Positions 15,834-25,320 of a stretch of DNA of 64,000 nucleotides are shown one piece after another. A program made the translations under genes and the position numbers. The notes beneath the pieces were generated by a model. The model searched no databases and was not told where the DNA came from. It saw only the letters and a program-made list of their open reading frames with translations. Source of the DNA: Minisyncoccota bacterium (GTDB lineage Bacteria; Patescibacteriota; Minisyncoccia; Phycocordibacterales; UBA9973). The stretch lies in contig JBAZXO010000001.1 of the NCBI GenBank assembly GCA_041659785.1, forward strand, positions 241,649 to 305,648. Reading direction: 5' to 3'. Every line of letters begins with the position of its first letter. Within the stretch, counting starts at the first letter, position 1.

Positions 15834-17852
15834 TTATACCCGGTAGTAGAGCTTTTTGCAAAGTCTCACTACCGGGTTATACACTAATAATAATAAGACA
15901 ACAAACAAAAGAACCGTCTTCCAGTCAAGACTAGACAGGAAACTTCGACCAGATTTCATCTCGATATTTTGGTGTACACCACTACCTTCCTCCACTAAAA
16001 AAACTTTACCTTGATAAGTGTCATATCCAGGAGCTACTACTTCGAAATAATACGAACCCCCAGGGACCAAGAATGAATAAGTACCTCTGATGTCAGTAAC
16101 TTGTGGGTTTTCTTGTTGGTAATCTTTTGCGGGCCATAATTCATATTTTTTTGTAGAATTATTTAGATAATATAAAGAAACAATGGCTGAAGGGATACGT
16201 GTTTCCTTTCCATCTGTCTTTTCAAAGACATATCCTTCTGGGTCAACGACAGTTATCATTCTCATTTGGCGAGTACCAAGTACAGGGTCCACATAATTTA
16301 TAACAGTGATCACTTCATACTCACCTGGTACGACAGGAGTCGCCACATCCGCTGTGTATATGCCGTCACCATCAGGGTCCGTATATTCAAAAGAAGAAAG
16401 TACTAATTTATTTTCTACCACCTCACCCGGCCTTTGGCCACCCTCTCCTGTCAGGAGAGGGGCTGGGGGTGAGGTTTTTTCTACCAAATCATTCGTAGAA
16501 AATAGAGCTGAAGCGGTGAGCAAAGAACGAGAAATTATATTTTGAGTAATTTTAGGTGTAGCGGATTTAAAAACAAAATACCCAGTTACACTTTTTGCTT
16601 TACTTATTGGTTTTACCACCAGCTTGAGTGTCTGCCCAGGTAATGAAGATATCTGCTGAGTTACATCTCCTTTTTTCCCTACTGACAAAGCGACATTTAA
16701 ATCAACCAACTCTCCGGACGTTCTGGCGAAAACGAATTCAGATGGTAAATTTTTCTTTTCAGAAAGAGAAAACTTTGCTAAAGGTAAACCTTGAACGAGA
16801 GCAATCTTCCCTGTGCCCACACTTTTCTTCAATTGCCCATTTATATCAGAGAGACCAGGAATATTTAAGCCTACACCATTTAATTTATTTATGTCAGATA
16901 ACCTCTCTACTCCAGTGCCTTTGAGAGTATTAGTGAGCGCGGTGAGTCCGGGAAGGTTTAAGGTTACGCCATTTAATTTACTTATATCAGTCAATCTTTC
17001 TATGCCTACGCTCTTCAATGTATTAGCAAGTTCTGGAAATTTACTAGCAAGAACACGTACCTCATACGGCAATGGAGCAAAGACGAATTGATTAATAGCT
17101 TTTACGGGTAAGATATACCACTTTGTTTTAAATGAAGGTGGTGCAATTTTAGGAATTTCTATAGCTACTGCTTGTGGAAGTGTTTTTGGTCTAAAGAAAT
17201 TTAAAAAGAAATCCAAGGCAGAAACGGATGTAGATTTTATAGTTTTACCAATCTCATTTGTTACCGTCACAACTGGATTCTCGACTGGTGGAGTTACTGG
17301 TGTCGGCGTAGGTGTTGGATTGGATGTCCAGGGTGGATGTCCTCCGCCTCCTCCGCCGCCCCCACTAGTAGATCTAAGGCTTGCTTTTTTCCAATCTGTT
17401 TTTACTTTAAAGTTTGCCGCATTGCAAGAATCTATGGTTGTACAACTAAAATTAATTCTACTATTGTCAGACTTTACAGATGCATAACCTGAAAAGTATC
17501 CTTGCTCATCTATAGTAACTCCAGTAAAGTTAATCCAGCCAAGATTTGAGCTCCATGCATATCCAGAAAGCACTCCCTCTCCATTGTTTTTAACTCCCGA
17601 AGTAGATGGGTTTAATTTTATCCAACCAAATTGCCTGTTCCAAGCAAAGCCTGAAATATCAGTATCCGTAACACTTACGTTGCAGTTATTACAACCAAAG
17701 TTTAACCAGCCAATATTTTCTCCCCAAGCATATTTGTATGTTCCGTCAATCGTCCCATTCGTCTCCGAGGCAAAAGCATGAGGCACAAAAAAAATCATAG
17801 AAACTAAAATTCCCAAAAGAAATACCTTTCCTTTAATTAAATTAACTGCCAT
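15834..17852 (-). CDS. Secreted repeat protein. N-terminal GW-x-NF repeats, poly-Gly/Pro-Thr linker, leucine-rich-like ~40-aa tandem repeats, a CarboxypepD_reg-like domain and a C-terminal TM anchor.
   Basis: Signal peptide. GGGGGGGGHPPWTSNPTPTPTP. Two copies of VERLxDIxKLNGVxLNxPGL. IRGTYSFLVPGGSYYFEVVAPGY. Hydrophobic C-terminus. Confidence 0.7.
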   Translation of the reverse strand: MAVNLIKGKVFLLGILVSMIFFVPHAFASETNGTIDGTYKYAWGENIGWLNFGCNNCNVSVTDTDISGFAWNRQFGWIKLNPSTSGVKNNGEGVLSGYAWSSNLGWINFTGVTIDEQGYFSGYASVKSDNSRINFSCTTIDSCNAANFKVKTDWKKASLRSTSGGGGGGGGHPPWTSNPTPTPTPVTPPVENPVVTVTNEIGKTIKSTSVSALDFFLNFFRPKTLPQAVAIEIPKIAPPSFKTKWYILPVKAINQFVFAPLPYEVRVLASKFPELANTLKSVGIERLTDISKLNGVTLNLPGLTALTNTLKGTGVERLSDINKLNGVGLNIPGLSDINGQLKKSVGTGKIALVQGLPLAKFSLSEKKNLPSEFVFARTSGELVDLNVALSVGKKGDVTQQISSLPGQTLKLVVKPISKAKSVTGYFVFKSATPKITQNIISRSLLTASALFSTNDLVEKTSPPAPLLTGEGGQRPGEVVENKLVLSSFEYTDPDGDGIYTADVATPVVPGEYEVITVINYVDPVLGTRQMRMITVVDPEGYVFEKTDGKETRIPSAIVSLYYLNNSTKKYELWPAKDYQQENPQVTDIRGTYSFLVPGGSYYFEVVAPGYDTYQGKVFLVEEGSGVHQNIEMKSGRSFLSSLDWKTVLLFVVLLLLVYNPVVRLCKKLYYRV

Positions 17853-17888
17853 AAATTAGTACCCTTATATTATACCAACAGAGCAAAA

Positions 17889-19286
17889 TTACCTCAAGTA
17901 TCCTTTTAAAAATTCCTCTTTAAACTCAAAGAATTTATCATCTAAAATTGATTGTCTGATTTTTTTAACTAAATTTACAATAAAATATAAATTATGAATT
18001 GATGCCAGTGTCCCCGCGAGCATTTCTTTGCCATGGAAAAGGTGCGCGATATAGGCGCGAGAGTATCGTGGAGTACCAGAAGTTTCTTTGCGGGGTGTCT
18101 CGCAGGCTGACGAGCCGAGAGGCAGCGCTGTGTCAGCAGACACAGACAGCGACCCCGAAAAGAAATCTTCTGGCGCGGAGCAAACATAACATCCACAATC
18201 ATCTTCGATAGGACCAAGGTCATTTCTGAATTTTGCATTGGTAATTATTATTTTCCCCTTTTTAGTATAAATAGTTCCATTTCTCCCGAGCCGAGTCGGC
18301 AAAACGCAATCAAATAAATCCACACCATTTTCTATGCCCATAAATAAATCTTCTGGCTCACCGATGCCGAGCAAGTGCCTAGGTTTGTCTTCTGGAAGAA
18401 TTTCATTTACCCATTTTACAGCGGTAGACATATCTTCTTTCGCAAAGCTCCCCCCAATACCGAAACCATCGAAATATTTTCCTTCCACATTTATTTCCGA
18501 AATAATTTTCGCAGATTGTTTACGTAAAGATTCTTCTCGCCCACCCTGCACGATACCAAAAAGAGCCGGATCAGAAACAGAAGCGGACGAACGGTCGACG
18601 TTGCGAAGCAGGAGATCCTGAGAATGCTTCTGTTTCTGAGTTAATAATTTTTGATGCTCTCTTAAACTCCTCTCTGCCCAACGATGTGTACGCTCGAGCG
18701 CCTCGCCTTGATATTTCGAATCCTCTGTCGGAGAAGTACATTCATCAAAAGCAAAAATTATATCTGCGCCTAAGTTGTGTTGAATTTGAATTGATTTCTC
18801 GGGAGTGATGTAATGGATAGAGCCGTCCAAGTGAGATTTAAAAGATACACCATCTTGACCAATTTTCGCCAGGCGTGGCGCATCACTGTCGTCAAAACGT
18901 TCAGGGATCAAAAGTGATGGGTCAGTTATTTTCGTAATTTTTGAAATATCTTTCCCGTAGGCAGCACCAAGTGAAAAAACTTGAAACCCTCCACTATCCG
19001 TCATAGTGGGCGCAATACCGCCATCATTTCGCCGCCAATTCATAAAATTACCAATACCTCCTGCGTCACGTACTATCTCGTCGCCTGGCTGTAAATATAA
19101 ATGATAAGTATTACCGAGCACTACTTGCGTGCCAGCATCCCTCACCTGCTCGGGATTTAAAGATTTCACTGTAGCCTTAGTGCCCACAGCGACAAAAGCT
19201 GGAGTTAAAATATCTCCATGCGGAGTAGTTATAATTCCCACCCTTCCCAGACCATCTTTTAATTTTTTTTCTATTTTGAAAATCAC
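17889..19286 (-). CDS. tgt: Queuine tRNA-ribosyltransferase
   Basis: GRVGIITTPHGDILTPAFVAVGT, VVLGNTYHLYL, CGCYVCS zinc site, LPTRLGRNG. Confidence 0.85.
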   Translation of the reverse strand: MIFKIEKKLKDGLGRVGIITTPHGDILTPAFVAVGTKATVKSLNPEQVRDAGTQVVLGNTYHLYLQPGDEIVRDAGGIGNFMNWRRNDGGIAPTMTDSGGFQVFSLGAAYGKDISKITKITDPSLLIPERFDDSDAPRLAKIGQDGVSFKSHLDGSIHYITPEKSIQIQHNLGADIIFAFDECTSPTEDSKYQGEALERTHRWAERSLREHQKLLTQKQKHSQDLLLRNVDRSSASVSDPALFGIVQGGREESLRKQSAKIISEINVEGKYFDGFGIGGSFAKEDMSTAVKWVNEILPEDKPRHLLGIGEPEDLFMGIENGVDLFDCVLPTRLGRNGTIYTKKGKIIITNAKFRNDLGPIEDDCGCYVCSAPEDFFSGSLSVSADTALPLGSSACETPRKETSGTPRYSRAYIAHLFHGKEMLAGTLASIHNLYFIVNLVKKIRQSILDDKFFEFKEEFLKGYLR

Positions 19287-19288
19287 TT

Positions 19289-20080
19289 TTATATTTCTAC
19301 TTGCACAAACTTTAGCTCTTGTATATTTACTGGACTTCTTAATAAAAATTTAATAAATGGATCACGTGGATCAGAAATTATTGTCTCGGCAATAGCCAAA
19401 ACATAAGGACTAATACCGGGCAAGACTACTTGATCCCCTTTTTGTAAAATAAAATCCCTAGGTAAAATTATTTCAAAATTTCCCCCACCTCGTCCAACAA
19501 CTTCCATATAAACATCTTTACCTCCTACAATAGCTTGTGTTTTTTCGCCCGAATTTGAGAACAAAACTACTTTGGAAGAATTTTTATAAACTAAGTCTAC
19601 TCGCCCGACAGGTATATCACCCAAAGCAAAAACAATGTCCCCTATTTTTATTCCTTCCTCTGTGCCCGCATCGATGAGTAAACTATCGTAGACACTTCGG
19701 TTTGGTTTAGCTAAAATAGTAGCCAATACCATAGAAACCTTTTCATTTTTTCTACCTAAAATTTCTTTCAAGGAAACATTTTCGTTGGCGATTGAATCAT
19801 AATTTGCCATTCGCAACTCTTCAGCATTTAATTGAGATTTTAAGTTTTGGTTTTCTGTATAGAGAGAACTTTTAGAAATAAAATATGAAATGGTATCTTT
19901 AAATTTTCCTCCGATACTCGTTTCTAAAACTAAAACTGGATGAAAAATTGTTTGACTCACAGCTGAAAATCCATCAAAAACACCGGATCGAAAATAAAAC
20001 AAAACAGCTAAAAACACAACACCGAGTGCAACGTTAAATAACTTTTTTCTTTTTATTTTTTTATCTAGGAGGTAACTCAT
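19289..20080 (-). CDS. mreC: Rod shape-determining protein MreC
   Basis: N-terminal TM, coiled coil, conserved C-terminal beta domain. Directly follows mreB. Confidence 0.75.
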   Translation of the reverse strand: MSYLLDKKIKRKKLFNVALGVVFLAVLFYFRSGVFDGFSAVSQTIFHPVLVLETSIGGKFKDTISYFISKSSLYTENQNLKSQLNAEELRMANYDSIANENVSLKEILGRKNEKVSMVLATILAKPNRSVYDSLLIDAGTEEGIKIGDIVFALGDIPVGRVDLVYKNSSKVVLFSNSGEKTQAIVGGKDVYMEVVGRGGGNFEIILPRDFILQKGDQVVLPGISPYVLAIAETIISDPRDPFIKFLLRSPVNIQELKFVQVEI

Positions 20081-21107
20081 CTTGATTCCCTATCAAAACA
20101 TCTTTATAAAGAGGAATATCATCTAATATTACTCCCGTACCTCGAGCGACAGCTGAGAGAGGATCTTCTACGACATAGACTGGGATTTTAAGGACTCTTT
20201 GCAAGAGTTGATCGAGCCCCGGAAGTAAAGCTCCTCCACCAGATAAAGTAATTCCACGATGCATTATGTCGGACAAAATTTCAGGTGGAGTCGTTTCTAG
20301 CATATCTTTTATACCCTCCACTAAACCTTTGATTGATAACGACAATGCTTCACGAATATCAGAATCAGTAACTACCACTTCGCGAGGAAGACCAGTGAGT
20401 AAATCTCGCCCATGGACTTCTGTTTCCATATACTCCCCTGGAGATACTGAACCGATAGCAATCTTTACCATCTCGGCAGTCCGCTCTCCAATTAATATTT
20501 TAAATTCATCACGCATATAAGTGATGATGTCATTATTTAATCTATCGCCAGCTATTTTTAAATTTTTTGATTTTACAATTCCACCGAGAGATATCACCGC
20601 AATGTCCGTCGTGCCACCACCGATATCTATAATCATCGAGCCAACGGGATCTTTGATTGGAAGCCTCACTCCAATAGCAGCAGACATTGGTTCTTCTACT
20701 AAGAAAACTTCTCTTGCCCCTGCACTGCGTGCAGCATCATACACAGCTCGTGATTCAACATTGGTCGTACCTGAAGGTACACCGATGAGGACTCTCGGCC
20801 GTGCTAACTTTTTAGATATTTTATCTGCTTTGTTTATCAAATATGAAAGCATCTCTTCGGTCACTTCGAAATCAGATATGACACCGTCGACGAGAGGACG
20901 AATAGCTCTGATGTGTCCTGGAGTTCGGCCAAGCATTTCTTTTGCTTGTGCGCCGACAGCCAAGATTTGATTAGTCTTAATATTTACTGCAACGACAGAA
21001 GGTTCATTGATCACGATACCGTGACCTTTTAAATACACCAAAGTATTACTTGTACCCAAGTCTATACCAATGTCATTAGAAATTAATTTGTAAAATTTTT
21101 CAAACAT
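20061..21107 (-). CDS. mreB: Rod shape-determining actin homologue MreB
   Basis: DIGIDLGTSNTLVY phosphate-1 motif. Full actin/Hsp70 fold length. Confidence 0.9.
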   Translation of the reverse strand: MFEKFYKLISNDIGIDLGTSNTLVYLKGHGIVINEPSVVAVNIKTNQILAVGAQAKEMLGRTPGHIRAIRPLVDGVISDFEVTEEMLSYLINKADKISKKLARPRVLIGVPSGTTNVESRAVYDAARSAGAREVFLVEEPMSAAIGVRLPIKDPVGSMIIDIGGGTTDIAVISLGGIVKSKNLKIAGDRLNNDIITYMRDEFKILIGERTAEMVKIAIGSVSPGEYMETEVHGRDLLTGLPREVVVTDSDIREALSLSIKGLVEGIKDMLETTPPEILSDIMHRGITLSGGGALLPGLDQLLQRVLKIPVYVVEDPLSAVARGTGVILDDIPLYKDVLIGNQDELPPR

Positions 21108-21109
21108 AT

Positions 21110-22381
21110 TTATGCGTTCTTCTCTTTAAGTATTTTTAATAATTCATCGAGCAATACAATCTTCCCTTTCTCTTCTGTGCGCTTTTTTAATTCTATGCCC
21201 CCTACTGATGAGTCCTTCATACTTCTTGCGGAGACAACAGCACGAAAAGGAATACCGAGTAAATCTGCATCAGAAAACTTTTCTCCAGCAGACAAATCTT
21301 TTCTATCATCAAATAAAACTTCCACACCTGCCTTGAGCAAGCTCTCGTAAACTTTTTCTGCTTCTTTCAAGACTGCCTTATCTTCTCCTAGAGAAAGTAA
21401 ATGAACAGTAAATGGTGCGATGGATTCTGGCCAAACCATACCTTTATCATCAGATAAGACTTCCACCACTGTACCCATCAATCTTCCTAAGCCAATACCA
21501 TAAGATCCCATCACCACTAATTTTTCTTCACCATTTTCATTTTTGTATTTTAGGTCAAAAGGTTCTGAAAACTTTGTTCCAAGTGAAAAGATATTGCCTA
21601 CTTCGACTGCTCTTTTTTCAACTAAATTTTCTTTGTTTAATTTAAGCTCTGCAATAACTTCGTCGTTATAAACCTCTTTGTTTATAGCGATACCTGAATT
21701 TTCATCTAAGTAAACAGTATCCTCTCCAACAGAAGTTATCGTTTGAAATTCGTGAGAAAATTTTGAAAAAGTTCCCCCAGAAGCAAAAGTCACATAAGTT
21801 AAGTGCCCAATGCCAACTCTTTTAAAAATATTTTGATAAGCTATTTTCGCTTTTTCATAAAAAACATTGTGCTCTTCCTCGTCCTTCGTAAAAGAATAAA
21901 GAGCTTTCCAATAGAACTCTCTGCCTCTCATTATTCCAGATTTACTCCTTGTTTCATTTCGAAAAATATTTTTAAAGTCGTATGGGAAAATTGGTAAATC
22001 TTTATAAGAGCTCACATATTGTTTTAAAATATTTGAATAAGCTTCTTCGTTAGTAAACGACAAACCAACTTCTCCACCATTTTTTAATTTTGTTTTAAAC
22101 CAAGTATCGACAACTTCATCACTCCATCTGTTCGATTTTTCCCAAACTTCTTTATTTTGAAGCACAGAAGTTCTCATTTCGGTTCCACCAATTTTATCCA
22201 TCTCATCTCTAATTATATTTTCTACCTTATTCAAGACACGTAAACCAAGAGGCAAAAATGAGTATACGCCAGCCATCTCTTTATGAATAAAGCCACCCCT
22301 TATTAAGAGTTCCGCGTTTTTAGAGGTTTCGTCTGCTGGGGCCTCTTTCCTGGTTTTAGTAAAAAGTTTAGATTGTCTCAT
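21110..22381 (-). CDS. proS: Proline--tRNA ligase (bacterial type lacking the INS editing domain)
   Basis: N-terminal LLIRGGFIHK...GVYSFLPLGLRVLNKVENIIR matches ProRS. Only 423 aa. Confidence 0.85.
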   Translation of the reverse strand: MRQSKLFTKTRKEAPADETSKNAELLIRGGFIHKEMAGVYSFLPLGLRVLNKVENIIRDEMDKIGGTEMRTSVLQNKEVWEKSNRWSDEVVDTWFKTKLKNGGEVGLSFTNEEAYSNILKQYVSSYKDLPIFPYDFKNIFRNETRSKSGIMRGREFYWKALYSFTKDEEEHNVFYEKAKIAYQNIFKRVGIGHLTYVTFASGGTFSKFSHEFQTITSVGEDTVYLDENSGIAINKEVYNDEVIAELKLNKENLVEKRAVEVGNIFSLGTKFSEPFDLKYKNENGEEKLVVMGSYGIGLGRLMGTVVEVLSDDKGMVWPESIAPFTVHLLSLGEDKAVLKEAEKVYESLLKAGVEVLFDDRKDLSAGEKFSDADLLGIPFRAVVSARSMKDSSVGGIELKKRTEEKGKIVLLDELLKILKEKNA

Positions 22382-22423
22382 GCGTTCATACTACCCGAAA
22401 AAACTCCTTTTGGCAAAGTTAAA

Positions 22424-22510
22424 ATTCCCCTCTTGAGGGGTGGCTCGTTTACGAGACGGGGTGGAATTATTGTCCACCTCCCCCTGAGGCAAAGCCTCAG
22501 GGTACTCCTC
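22424..22510. repeat. GC-rich structured repeat element, copy B (copy A at 3349..3417)
   Basis: Same two hairpins plus an extra GAGGCaaaGCCTC hairpin. Lies in the rpsB leader/promoter region. Confidence 0.7.
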
Positions 22511-22561
22511 AAGAGAAGAATTTATTTGCAAAATAACGAGCTTTCTGTTATATTAATTCAT

Positions 22562-23287
22562 ATGCAAAAAGTAGAAAAGAAGATTGAGGCAGATACAATA
22601 ATAGAAAAAATGTTCAAGGCCGGAGCACATTATGGCTACAGCAAAACCAGAAGACACCCTTCTGTTTCTAAATACATATATGCCACAAAGAATAAGGGCG
22701 ACATCATCAACCTCGAAAAAACAAACGAGATGTTGGATGAAGCTACCCTTTTTATAAAAAACCTAGGAGCTCAAAACAAAACAGTCCTTTTCGTGGGCAC
22801 AAAACCTGAGGCTAAGGTTGCAATAAAAAATGTAGCAGAATCTTTAAACATGCCTTACGTTATAGAGAGATGGATAGGAGGCACACTTTCAAACTTCACA
22901 GAAATAAAAAAGAGAATTACAGAACTTGAAAATTATCAAAAGGATAGTATTGGTGGAGGACTTGATAAATATACCAAGAAAGAACGCGTAGTTATGGCCA
23001 AGAAAATGGAAAAGTTGGCAAGGTACTACACTGGTTTACTCGGCCTCAAGAAAGCCCCAGATGCACTATTTATCATAGATGCAAAGGCTGAACATATAGC
23101 AGCTACTGAAGCTCGAAAGTCTCATATCCCTGTTATTTCCTTGATTAATTCTGATTCAAATATAAAAGGACTTGATTACCCTATCGTCGCCAATGACTCA
23201 GGTATTCCATCTATCAAATTTTTTGCTAATGCTGTTTTGGAGGCTTATAGAGAAGGTCAAAACTCCACACCAGAAAAGAAATCATAA
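22562..23287 (+). CDS. rpsB: 30S ribosomal protein S2
   Basis: MFKAGAHYGY...INLEKT S2 signature. The long ORF-track N-terminus is leader. Confidence 0.85.
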   Translation: MQKVEKKIEADTIIEKMFKAGAHYGYSKTRRHPSVSKYIYATKNKGDIINLEKTNEMLDEATLFIKNLGAQNKTVLFVGTKPEAKVAIKNVAESLNMPYVIERWIGGTLSNFTEIKKRITELENYQKDSIGGGLDKYTKKERVVMAKKMEKLARYYTGLLGLKKAPDALFIIDAKAEHIAATEARKSHIPVISLINSDSNIKGLDYPIVANDSGIPSIKFFANAVLEAYREGQNSTPEKKS

Positions 23288-23292
23288 ATCTT

Positions 23293-24069
23293 ATGTCTAT
23301 TCAAATCACTACAGAGCAAGTAAAAGAGCTCAGGGATGCAACGGGTATTTCCGTAATGCAATGCAAACGTGCCCTAGAAGAAGCTGAGGGTAATATGGAG
23401 AAAGCTTTAGCTATCTTAAAAAAGACAAGCTCTGACATCGCACTCAAAAAAGCTGACCGATCTTTAAACAGTGGATCAGTCATGATAAAAGGTGAAAATA
23501 ATAAAGCTGTATTAGTGGGGCTACTCTGCGAGACTGATTTCGTTGCTAAAAACGAAGATTTTATAAATCTTTTATTTAAACTTACCGAGAAAGCTTTCAC
23601 TGATGGTGTAGAAAAGATGAAGGCAGAAGCAAAAGAAATGATCGATGCTATCATCCAAAAGACAGGAGAAAATATTCAACTTGGTGATGTATATGAAGTA
23701 TCTGGAGATGTTCTAGGAAATTATGTTCATAATAACAAGGTAGGTATCATCGTTTCATTAGAGGGGGGCAATAAAGAACTTGCTAAAGATATAGCTATGC
23801 ACATCACAGCTATGAAGCCAGAATATATTACAGAAATAGAAATAACTCCTGAAACTAAAAAAACAATGCAGGAAATTTTTGAAAAAGAAGTTGCATCCAT
23901 AGATAAGCCTGCAGAGATAAAAGCAAAGATGCTTGCTGGAAAAATGGCTACATATTTCAAAGAGAAGACCTTGCTTGACCAAATATTCATTAAGGGAGAA
24001 GAGACAGTAGGTAAACTTTTGGAAAAGAATAAGGCAAAAATCAAAGAAGTAAAACGTTATTCGATATAA
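23293..24069 (+). CDS. tsf: Elongation factor Ts
   Basis: N-terminal UBA-like QVKELRDATGISVMQCKRAL. rpsB-tsf synteny. Confidence 0.85.
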   Translation: MSIQITTEQVKELRDATGISVMQCKRALEEAEGNMEKALAILKKTSSDIALKKADRSLNSGSVMIKGENNKAVLVGLLCETDFVAKNEDFINLLFKLTEKAFTDGVEKMKAEAKEMIDAIIQKTGENIQLGDVYEVSGDVLGNYVHNNKVGIIVSLEGGNKELAKDIAMHITAMKPEYITEIEITPETKKTMQEIFEKEVASIDKPAEIKAKMLAGKMATYFKEKTLLDQIFIKGEETVGKLLEKNKAKIKEVKRYSI

Positions 24070-24082
24070 GTAAAAAAAAATT

Positions 24083-24502
24083 ATGTATTTCCTTTTAATT
24101 TTGTTTTTTGGATCACTTCTTGGAATCACTTTTATGATTGGAAGAAAATTACTGCTACTCCAAAACGGAGAGATGACATACAAGGATAGTGCCGAAACTT
24201 TCTTGAAGGTTCAGTATTTAGAAGAATTGAAACATGAAGCCTTAAAAAATATAAAAAAACATAGCTATATAGGGTTAGTAACTGCTATCAGATTGTACGT
24301 TCGATCTTCTAACCTTTTAAAAAATAAATATCAAGAAGCAAAAGTTAAAGTAAACGAAAAATTAAGTAAATACGGGAGTCGCAAGAATGGCGACCTGCAG
24401 GAGAGACAGGAAGTAAATAAGTTTCTGAAGATGATTTCGGATTATAAATACAAGATCAGAGCAATAAAGCATAAGATAAAAGAGGAAGAAGAGAATTTGT
24501 AA
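24083..24502 (+). CDS. Hypothetical membrane-anchored coiled-coil protein
   Basis: 139 aa with an N-terminal TM. Confidence 0.45.
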   Translation: MYFLLILFFGSLLGITFMIGRKLLLLQNGEMTYKDSAETFLKVQYLEELKHEALKNIKKHSYIGLVTAIRLYVRSSNLLKNKYQEAKVKVNEKLSKYGSRKNGDLQERQEVNKFLKMISDYKYKIRAIKHKIKEEEENL

Positions 24503-24522
24503 GTGTGTTAGAATAGTTTATC

Positions 24523-24595
24523 GCCGGCATAGCTCAGTTGGTAGAGCACTTCTTTTGTAAAGAAGATGTCCGGGGTTCGATCCCTCGTGCCGGCT
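24523..24595 (+). tRNA. tRNA-Thr(UGU)
   Basis: GCCGGCA acceptor, anticodon loop TTTGTAA, T-loop TTCGATC. 73 nt. Confidence 0.9.
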
Positions 24596-24621
24596 CCCTT
24601 AAAAAACTAAAATTTAAAAGA

Positions 24622-25320
24622 CTATTTTGTCTTTATTTTATCTGTTGGGATTGTTTGAAGTTTAAAAGAATCTTTAATACGAGCTTCTAAGTCCTCTATG
24701 GTATGGAAACCGGTAAGAACACTGTCATCAATAACTAATGCCGGAAGCACCGTATCTTTTATTTTATATATTTGAAGCATTGAAGTGATTGCAGAAAGAT
24801 CAGTACTATAATCAAAAGAATACACTCGAAGTTCTGGATATTCTGTACGCAATGTTGATAGCACGAGACTCTCCTTCTCACACTCACTACAATTGTCTGC
24901 TGTCGTATAGAAATAAAGAATAAATGCTGTTTTTACTCCACAACGAGCAGAAATCTTTTTTGCTAATAAATAATCTTTAATCTGCAACAATGCATAGTAT
25001 TTTTTCAAATATGATACCTCGGCTGTAGAGCCTAAGTTGTTTTGGCTCCATTCAAGCTTTGTGCCCAGCTCTCCGAGCTCGCTAGAAAAAACAGAGTCCG
25101 AAATATTTTTACAAGAAAGCTCAGACAATAATGAAAATTGGGTTTCTGAAGAAAGAATATCGATGGCTATCTTATCTTGAATATTTTTTAATTGGTCAAT
25201 TTTTTGATTACCAAAAAAATTACTCAAATAAATAGCAGTAAAAAAAAGACCTACTGTAATCAAAAAGACAATAAAATATTTTTTCCAATCAAAATTGTTA
25301 TTCATATCTTTTATCTCCAA
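24622..25320 (-). CDS. Membrane-anchored thioredoxin-fold protein (CxxC)
   Basis: N-terminal TM. CSEC motif in a thioredoxin-like context. Confidence 0.55.
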   Translation of the reverse strand: MEIKDMNNNFDWKKYFIVFLITVGLFFTAIYLSNFFGNQKIDQLKNIQDKIAIDILSSETQFSLLSELSCKNISDSVFSSELGELGTKLEWSQNNLGSTAEVSYLKKYYALLQIKDYLLAKKISARCGVKTAFILYFYTTADNCSECEKESLVLSTLRTEYPELRVYSFDYSTDLSAITSMLQIYKIKDTVLPALVIDDSVLTGFHTIEDLEARIKDSFKLQTIPTDKIKTK

